Both the position numbers and the translations under genes were made by a program. Positions 8,661-16,200 of a DNA stretch of 31,902 nt are shown here, in pieces. The DNA lies in NCBI GenBank assembly GCA_964610135.1, contig CAZSUX010000002.1, forward strand, positions 1 to 31,902, read 5' to 3'. The notes under the pieces were generated by a model. It searched no databases and was not told where the DNA came from. It saw only the letters and a list, made by a program, of their open reading frames with translations. This DNA comes from an uncultured bacterium. GTDB lineage: Bacteria > Hydrothermota > Tepidihabitantia > Tepidihabitantales > Tepidihabitantaceae. How positions within the stretch are numbered: position 1 is the first letter of the stretch; the number at the start of each line of letters is the position of its first letter.

Positions 8661-8687
8661 GGAAAAGAAAACGGCCCACGGGGCCGT
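8661..8687 (-). terminator. Intrinsic terminator downstream of pilT
   Basis: Minus strand ACGGCCC-CGT-GGGCCGT followed by TTTCTTTTCC. Confidence 0.65.
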
Positions 8688-8708
8688 GAACAAAGCATCG
8701 TAGAGGGT

Positions 8709-9827
8709 CTACTTGCGGCCGGGTGTGTTGCCGCCGCGCTGGCCGAATTCCACGAGTTCGCGGAATCCCTTGGGGTCGGACGCCGACGCGATGGCGGTTT
8801 CGTAGGTAACTTTGCCGGCACGGTAGAGTTCGGACAAGTACATGTCAAACGAAATGCTGCCTTCGGACGAACTGGTCTGAATTGCCGACGCCAAGTGCTC
8901 GGTCTTGCGCTCACGGATGAGGTTGCGGACCGCGGGCGTGGCTACCATTATCTCGTAGCAGCCGACCCGGCCTTTGCCGCCTGCCTTGAGCAGCAGGCGC
9001 TGGGAGAAGACGGCCAATAGCGAGAGCGAGAACTGGATACGTATCTGGTCCCGGATTTCAGGCGGGAAGATGTCGATGAACCGGGTAATCGTCTCCGGCG
9101 CGTTGGTGGTGTGCAGGGTGCCGATGACCAAGTGGCCCGATTCAGCGGCCCAGATGGTTGCTTCTGATGTCGCCAGGTCTCGAATCTCGGCAACGAGGAT
9201 GACGTTCGGGTTGGAGCGCAGGCCCTTCATGACTGCCTCGCGGAAGGACGAAACGTCAACGCCGACCTCGCGCTGGGTTATGAGGCCGTTCTTGTGGTCG
9301 TGGTTGAACTCGATGGGGTCTTCGATAGTGAGTACGTGGCGCGGGCTCTCCAGGATGTAGTCGACGAAGGTCGCCTGCGTCGTGGTTTTGCCCATGCCGG
9401 TCGGTCCGGTCACGAGGATGAGGCCGTGCGGTCGGTCGAGCAGGTTCTTGATGCGCGGGATGAGGTGCGTCGTCACGAAGAGCTCTTCGAACGTGAGAAT
9501 GCGACGCGGAATGAGCCGGAGGGCCATGCCGAAATAGCCCTTCTGTTTGTACACGGCCACACGGAAACGGGCCATGTTGCGGAAGTTAAGTGCGAAGTCG
9601 CCGCCTCCGCCGTTGTCGATCTGGGCGCGCAGGTGCCGCAGGTCTTTGGTTGCAATGTTCTTGAAGCTGTCGGTCATCTCAGGGATCAGTACCGGGCATC
9701 CCTCGATGGGGTGGAGATAGCCGTCAATGCGGAGCGTCGGGGGCCGCCCCACGGTGAGGTGCAGGTCGGATGCATTCCGCTTGATGCACTCGGCTAGGAG
9801 TGTATCGAAGAACTCTTCGTCGGTCAT
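8709..9827 (-). CDS. pilT: Type IV pilus retraction ATPase PilT/PilU family
   Basis: ASDLHL, Walker A GPTGMGKTTT, TIEDPIE, Walker B ILVAEIRD, His box GHLVIGTLHT, AVRNLIRE (AIRNLIRE signature). Start ATG 9827. Confidence 0.9.
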   Translation of the reverse strand: MTDEEFFDTLLAECIKRNASDLHLTVGRPPTLRIDGYLHPIEGCPVLIPEMTDSFKNIATKDLRHLRAQIDNGGGGDFALNFRNMARFRVAVYKQKGYFGMALRLIPRRILTFEELFVTTHLIPRIKNLLDRPHGLILVTGPTGMGKTTTQATFVDYILESPRHVLTIEDPIEFNHDHKNGLITQREVGVDVSSFREAVMKGLRSNPNVILVAEIRDLATSEATIWAAESGHLVIGTLHTTNAPETITRFIDIFPPEIRDQIRIQFSLSLLAVFSQRLLLKAGGKGRVGCYEIMVATPAVRNLIRERKTEHLASAIQTSSSEGSISFDMYLSELYRAGKVTYETAIASASDPKGFRELVEFGQRGGNTPGRK

Positions 9828-9837
9828 AACCTGCACT

Positions 9838-9866
9838 AATATAGGGCCCCCCCCGCGGCAAGTCAA
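9838..9866 (-). promoter_or_regulatory. pilT promoter with a G8 run in the spacer
   Basis: Minus strand TTGACT(9866-9861)-TGCCGC GGGGGGGG CCC (17 nt)-TATATT(9843-9838)-N10-ATG(9827). Confidence 0.65.
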
Positions 9867-9894
9867 GTTTTGTTGCGATAGCGTTTATGGTTTC

Positions 9895-9923
9895 TTGACA
9901 GTATGTCCCAGCGGGTCTAAGAT
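9895..9923 (+). promoter_or_regulatory. Promoter of the hdr-flx-mvh operon
   Basis: TTGACA(9895-9900)-N17-TAAGAT(9918-9923)-N12-ATG(9936); back-to-back with the pilT promoter. Confidence 0.7.
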
Positions 9924-9935
9924 ACTAGTCCACCA

Positions 9936-10331
9936 ATGGCGACAGCCTATTCGTCGGCTGAACTGCTTGAGCAGGTTGAGGCGCTGAGCGGCCAGGCCGT
10001 CAGCGACTGCTATCAGTGCGGCTGCTGTACATCGGGTTGTCCGATCGGTGAGGCGATGGATCCGCCGCCCAGCAAGGGAATCAGGCTGCTGCAGTTGGGC
10101 AGGGCCGAAGAGTTGCTCGGTTCTGACGGAATATGGATGTGCGCGAGTTGCCTTGTCTGCGGGACACGCTGCCCCAGGGGGGTCGACTACGCCCGAATCG
10201 CTGAGGCCTGCCGCGCGTTGATTCTCCGGTCCAAGCAGAGCAGGGTAGACCCCGATACTGTTACTGCCCCGGAACTTGATGAGATTCCGCAACAGGCGTT
10301 TATCGCGGCCTTCCGCAAGTCATCGGTATGA
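9936..10331 (+). CDS. hdrC: Heterodisulfide reductase subunit C
   Basis: CYQCGCCTSGCP and WMCASCLVCGTRCP; stop overlaps the hdrB start (ATGA). Confidence 0.9.
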   Translation: MATAYSSAELLEQVEALSGQAVSDCYQCGCCTSGCPIGEAMDPPPSKGIRLLQLGRAEELLGSDGIWMCASCLVCGTRCPRGVDYARIAEACRALILRSKQSRVDPDTVTAPELDEIPQQAFIAAFRKSSV

Positions 10332-11188
10332 CCAAATACACCTACTACCCAGGCTGCACGCTCTACACCAAGGCACGGAGTCTGGACCTGTGTGCGCGCA
10401 GGGCAGCCGAGAAGGTTGGGTTCGAACTGGTCGAGATGCCGTCATGGAACTGCTGCGGGGCCATATACAACGCCACCAGCGATGACCTCGCGGCCCAGGT
10501 TGGGTCGGTGCGCAATCTGGCCAAGGCCAGCCAGTTGGGTGACAAGCTGGTCACCCTGTGCGCCGCATGCCACAACGTGCTCAAGCGGGTGCAGAACCGG
10601 CTGGACCAGCCGGGCAACGAGGTCGAAAGCGAGCGTCTGAAGACATTCGTTGACGAGAAATTCGAGCAGCCGGTCAAGGTGCTGCACTACCTCGAAGTCC
10701 TGAAGAACGACATTGGCTGGGACAAGGTCAAAGAGAAGGTCACGAAGCCGCTGGTCAAACTCAAGGTTGCGTCCTACTACGGGTGCCTGATGGTCAGGCC
10801 CAGCGAAGTGCTGGAATTCGACGACCCGGAGAATCCCCAGGTGATGGATGACCTGATACGCATTCTCGGGGCGGCGCCCACCAAGTTCGACTTCAAGGCC
10901 GAATGCTGCGGAGGGTATCTGGTCGTGAACCGTCGTGATGTGGCCAAGTCCGCGTCGCAGAGGATCCTGGACAATGCCAAGGCCTGGGGCGCGGAGGCGG
11001 TCGTTACGACCTGCCCGTTGTGCCAGTACAACCTGGACAAGTTGCGGGTGATGACCGGAGGTTCTCTGCCCGTGTTCTACTTCACGCAATTGCTCGGCAT
11101 CGCGGTCGGACTTACGCAGGACGAGCTCGGGCTGGAGCACAATGCCGGCGACCCGGTCGGATTCCTGAAAGCGAAGGGCCTGCTGTGA
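10328..11188 (+). CDS. hdrB: Heterodisulfide reductase subunit B
   Basis: Two CCG domains: YYPGC...NCCG...CAAC and YYGC...ECCGG...TTCPLCQYNL. Confidence 0.93.
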   Translation: MTKYTYYPGCTLYTKARSLDLCARRAAEKVGFELVEMPSWNCCGAIYNATSDDLAAQVGSVRNLAKASQLGDKLVTLCAACHNVLKRVQNRLDQPGNEVESERLKTFVDEKFEQPVKVLHYLEVLKNDIGWDKVKEKVTKPLVKLKVASYYGCLMVRPSEVLEFDDPENPQVMDDLIRILGAAPTKFDFKAECCGGYLVVNRRDVAKSASQRILDNAKAWGAEAVVTTCPLCQYNLDKLRVMTGGSLPVFYFTQLLGIAVGLTQDELGLEHNAGDPVGFLKAKGLL

Positions 11189-13209
11189 CGCAAGACGCAT
11201 CACGCCCCACGCCTGATGCCGGAATCCCGCACGCTGACGTGCCTGGCGTCGAGCCTCGTGCGTCGAGCGTGAGGCGTGTTGGCGTTTTCGTCTGCCACTG
11301 CGGTATCAACATCGCCGGAACGGTCAAGATTCCCGAGGTGCTGGAGAGGGTCGGGGCGATGCAGGGCGTGGCGGTGACCAAGGACTACAAGTACTGCTGT
11401 TCGGATCCGGGCCAGCAGATGATCCGGGACTCAATCAAGACTGACAAGCTGGACCGGGTCATCGTTGCCTGCTGTTCGCCGACGCTGCACGAGACGACGT
11501 TCCGCAACGCCTGCGGCGAGGCGGGGCTGAATCCCTACCTCTGCGAGATTGCCAATATCCGCGAGCAGTGTGCCTGGGTGACCGAAGACAAGGACAAGGC
11601 GACCGACAAGGCGACCGAGATCATCCGGACCACAAAGGCCAAGGTTGAGAACGACCTCCCGCTTGAAGCCATCACCGTGCCAATCAACAAGCGCGCGCTG
11701 GTAGTCGGGGCAGGGATTGCCGGCATCCAGGCCGCGCTGGACATCGCCAACGCCGGGTACGAGGTCGTGCTGGTGGAGAAAGAGCCCTCCATCGGCGGAC
11801 ACATGGCCCAGCTTTCCGAGACTTTCCCTACTCTGGACTGCTCCCAGTGCATCTTGACCCCGCGGACGGTCGAGACGGGCCGGCATCCGAAGATAAAGCT
11901 GATGACCTATTCCGAAATCGACAGCGTCTCCGGTTATGTCGGCAACTTCAAGGTGAAGGTCAGACAGAAGGCGCGCTACGTCGACTTCAAGACCTGCACA
12001 GGCTGCGGCGCGTGTCTCGAGAAGTGCCCGGGTAGAACCGAGTCACGGTTCGAGCGCGGGCTGACCAAAGGCAAGGCGATCTACCGGTTGCTGCCGCAGG
12101 CCGTGCCTAACCGGCCCGTGATTGACGCCAAGGCTTGCGTATACCTGACCAAGGGCAAGTGCGGCATCTGCGCCAAGGTCTGTCCGACCGGCGCCATCCG
12201 CTACGACGACACCGACAAGTTCGTCGAGGAAGAGGTCGGCGCAATCGTGCTGGCGACCGGGTATGAGTTGTTCGACGCGACCAAGCTCGGGTCGTACGGC
12301 TTCGGGCTTGTCCCGGACGTGATTGATGGTCTCGCCTTCGAGCGGCTGCTCTCTGCTTCCGGGCCCACGTCGGGCGAGGTCAAGCGACCCTCAGACGGCA
12401 AGACGCCGAAGAAGATTGTGTTCGTGCAGTGCGCAGGCTCTCGCGACTCGACCGCCGGGATGCCATACTGCTCGAAGATCTGCTGCATGTATACGGCCAA
12501 GCAGGCGATACTCTACCGGCATCGGGTTCACGACGGGCAGGCGACAATCTGCTACATTGATGTGCGGACCCCGGGCAAGGGGTTCGAGGAGTTCTACAAG
12601 CGCGCAACCGACGACGGTATCCAGTATCTGCGCGGCAAGGTCTCCAAGATATTCCGGCAGGGCGACAAGGTTGTGGTCTGGGCCGCGGACACGCTGGCCG
12701 GCCGCAAGGTAGAACTCGAAGCGGACATGGTTGTGCTCGCCACGGCAGTCATCGCCAACCCGGACGGCGTGGCCTTGGCGCGCAAGCTGAAGACCCAGAT
12801 CGACACGCACGGTTTCATGACCGAGGCGCACCCGAAGCTCAGGCCGGTCGAGACCCTGACCGCTGGGTTCTTCCTGGCCGGTTGCGGCCAGGGGCCCAAG
12901 GACATCCCGGAAACCGTGGCGCAGGCATCGGCAGCGGCCGCCAAGGTCCTGGCAATGTTCGGGAACACGCGCCTTACCCACTCGCCGACGACAGCTCAGG
13001 TTGACGAGGAGATCTGCGTGGGCTGCGGCTACTGCGAGCGGACGTGCGCCTACGAAGCGGTGAAGGTCGACCCGGCGAAGAAGAAGGCGGTCGTGAACGC
13101 GGCCCTCTGCGAAGGGTGCGGAGCGTGCGCGGTTGCCTGTCCGTCGGGTGCGATGACGCACAAGAACGCCACCAAGAAGTCGATATTCGAGATGGCGGAT
13201 TCGTTCTAG
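11185..13209 (+). CDS. hdrA: Heterodisulfide reductase subunit A, canonical type, with a repeat-derived N-terminal extension
   Basis: GVFVCHCG, ACCSP, NIREQCAWV, FAD motif GAGIAG, DCSQCILTP, inserted ferredoxin, QCAGSRD..YCSKICCMY, C-terminal 2x[4Fe-4S]. GTG 11185 overlaps the hdrB stop. Confidence 0.93.
   Translation: MTQDASRPTPDAGIPHADVPGVEPRASSVRRVGVFVCHCGINIAGTVKIPEVLERVGAMQGVAVTKDYKYCCSDPGQQMIRDSIKTDKLDRVIVACCSPTLHETTFRNACGEAGLNPYLCEIANIREQCAWVTEDKDKATDKATEIIRTTKAKVENDLPLEAITVPINKRALVVGAGIAGIQAALDIANAGYEVVLVEKEPSIGGHMAQLSETFPTLDCSQCILTPRTVETGRHPKIKLMTYSEIDSVSGYVGNFKVKVRQKARYVDFKTCTGCGACLEKCPGRTESRFERGLTKGKAIYRLLPQAVPNRPVIDAKACVYLTKGKCGICAKVCPTGAIRYDDTDKFVEEEVGAIVLATGYELFDATKLGSYGFGLVPDVIDGLAFERLLSASGPTSGEVKRPSDGKTPKKIVFVQCAGSRDSTAGMPYCSKICCMYTAKQAILYRHRVHDGQATICYIDVRTPGKGFEEFYKRATDDGIQYLRGKVSKIFRQGDKVVVWAADTLAGRKVELEADMVVLATAVIANPDGVALARKLKTQIDTHGFMTEAHPKLRPVETLTAGFFLAGCGQGPKDIPETVAQASAAAAKVLAMFGNTRLTHSPTTAQVDEEICVGCGYCERTCAYEAVKVDPAKKKAVVNAALCEGCGACAVACPSGAMTHKNATKKSIFEMADSF
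11187..11278. repeat. Inverted pair of heptamer arrays (5+5 units)
   Basis: GACGCAA GACGCAT CACGCCC CACGCCT GATGCCG (11187-11221), 22-nt spacer, TGGCGTC GAGCCTC GTGCGTC GAGCGTG AGGCGTG (11244-11278). AGGCGTG is the reverse complement of CACGCCT. Confidence 0.75.
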
Positions 13210-13215
13210 GGCACG

Positions 13216-16200
13216 ATGACCAGTGACCAGGTACCAGTGACCAGCCCCGAGCCGGCGAACGGGCCAGTCGGTGCAGTGCTGGTAGTGGGCTCGGGAATCG
13301 GCGGCATCCAGGCGGCGCTGGAACTGGGCGATGCCGGGTTCAAGGTCTACCTGCTCGACGAGGGGCCGGCCATCGGCGGCGTGATGGCGATGCTCGACAA
13401 GACCTTCCCGACCAACGACTGCTCGATGTGCATCCTGTCGCCGAAACTGGTCGGCACCGGCAGGCACCAGAACATCGAGCTCGTCAACTACAGCGAGCTC
13501 TTGAGCCTTGATGGCGAGCCCGGGCGGTTCAAGGCGAAGATTCGCCGGAAGCCGCGGTTCGTCCTCCTCGACAAGTGCACGGGTTGTATGGACTGCACCA
13601 AGGTCTGTCCGGTCGAGGTGCCGGACGAGTACAACCAGAAGCTGGCGATGCGCCGGGCGACCTATAAGCTCTACCCGCAGGCGATTCCCAATGCGGTAGC
13701 TATCGAGAAGAACGAAGGCAAGGCCCCGTGTCGGCTGGCCTGCCCATCCGGCGTCAACGCGCAGGGATACGTTGCGCTCATCTCGCAACGGAAGTTCAAG
13801 GAAGCCTACGAACTGGTGCGCGAGCGGTTGCCGTTCCCTGGCATCTGCGGTCGCGTCTGCCACCACCCGTGCGAGCAGGAGTGCAACCGCAAGGAGTACG
13901 AATCACCCGTTTCCATCCGGACCCTGAAGCGGTTCGCCGCCGACTACGTGTATTCCAACAAGATCGAATACCCCGTCATCAAAGCACCGGCAGCGGAACG
14001 CTCGGAGCAGGTCGCAGTAGTCGGGGCCGGCCCGGCCGGGCTTACCTGTGCGCTCGACCTGCGCGCCAAAGGCTACAAGGTGACCGTGTTTGATGCCACG
14101 GACAAGCCGGGCGGGATGATGCGCTGGGGCATTCCGGCGTACCGCCTGCCGCGCGAGACCCTTGACCGGGAAATCAAGGACATCACCGATACCGGCGTCG
14201 ATCTGAAGCTCAAGAGCCCGGTCAACGGGACCGCGGGCGTTCAGAACCTGCTCGGACAGGGGTTTTCTGCAGCGTTCGTCGCCCTCGGCTGCTCCAAGAG
14301 CCGGACCCTGAAGATTGACGGGATGGATCTTGATGGCGTGTTGCACGGCATCGAGTTCCTGCGCGACGTCAACGCCGGCAAGAAGCCGGCGGTCGGCAAG
14401 CGAGTCGTTGTCATCGGCGGCGGCAACGTCGCGGTTGACGTGGCGCTGTGCGCCCGACGGCTCGGCGCCGAGGACGTGACGATGACGTGCCTGGAGTGCC
14501 GCGAGGAAATGCCGGCCCACGAGTGGGAAATCTCCGACGCGACGGCCGAGGGTGTGAAGCTGAACCCCTCGTGGGGACCGCAGGCGGTTGCTGGTGAGAA
14601 CGGCAAGGTGACCGGACTCCGGACAATCGAGTGCACGCGGGTCTTCGATGACGCGCACAAGTTCAACCCGCAGTTCGGCTGCGTCGAGGGGTTTGTTCCT
14701 GCCGACACCGTTATCCTTGCCATCGGCCAGGCGGTGGATGCCGACGGGTTTGACGGGTTCGAGCGCGGACCGGGCGGTACGTTCAAGGTCAATCCGCTGA
14801 CATTTGAGACCACTCTGCCCGGTGTCTTCGCCGGCGGCGATATGGTTTCGGGACCGGCGTCGGTGATTGAGGCCGTGAATGCCGGCCACGAGGCCGCGAT
14901 TTCGATTGATCGGTTCATCAACCGGCAGGATCTGGCCGAAGGACGCGCGAAGCCGAAGGAACAGGCGGCCAAGGCCGAAGAGTCGGCAGCGGCCAGAGCG
15001 AAGATCGAGCGGCGCGAGCGTGCCGAGGAAGTTTCGTTGCCGGCAAGTGAGCGCGTCGCAGACTTCCGTGAAGTAGCGCAGGGTTTCACCGAAGAGCAGG
15101 CAGTCGCTGAGGCACAGCGCTGCCTGAACTGCGGCATCTGCTGCGAGTGCCTCCAGTGCGTCACCGCCTGCGAGGCGAAGGCAATCGACCACACGCAGAC
15201 CGCGTCCGAGGAGGAACTCGAAGTCGGTGCGGTCGTTCTTTCCGCCGGGTTCAAGGAGTACAAACCGACGGGTGAATACGGCTACGGTTACGGCCGGTAC
15301 CCGAACGTGGTGACCAGCCTCGAGTTTGAGCGCATACTCTCCGCCTCCGGGCCGTACGAAGGCCACGTGAAGCGGCCGAGCGACCTGACGCAGCCGAAGA
15401 AAGTCGCTTGGATTCAGTGTGTCGGTTCGCGCAACGCCGAGCACTACTATTGTTCGTCGGTCTGCTGCATGTACGCGACCAAGGAAGCGGTCATCGCCCG
15501 CGAGCACTGCGGCGGCAACCTCGACTGCCACGTCTACTACATGGACATGCGTTGCTTCGGCAAGGACTTTGAGAAGTATTACGACCGGGCGAAGGATGAG
15601 TACGGCGTCCAGTTCCGGCGATGCAAGGTGAGCGCGGTGCAGAGGAAGGGACAAAGGACGAGGGACGAAGGACAAAGCCCGGACGGGACCGACGAGGACC
15701 TTCTGATATCGTACGAGGATGAGGCGGGGACACTGCGCGAGGAGGAGTACGACATGGTCGTGGTCTCGACCGCGCTCGCGGCCAATCCGCGTGCGGTTGA
15801 GATGGCAAAGCGCATTGGCGTAGCCACCGACGACCAAGGGTTCGTGAAAACCGACCGGTTCGAACCGGTGCTGACCGACCGGCCCGGCGTCTACGCCTGC
15901 GGCGCGCTGGCTGAGCCGAAGGACATTCCCGAGACCGTGACCGAGGCGACCGGCGCGGCCGGCGCAGTAGCGGTTCTGCTCGCCCCGGCTCGCAACACGC
16001 TGGTCCGGCCCAAGGTGTACCCGCCGTTCCGTGACGTGTCGGGTGAGGAGCCGCGCATTGGCGTGTTTATCTGCAACTGCGGCATCAACATCGGCGGCGT
16101 GGTGAAGGTGCCGAGCGTGGTGGAGTACGCCCGCACGCTGCCGAACGTGGTTTTTGTCGACGAGAACCTTTTTACCTGCTCTCAGGACACGCAGCAGAAG

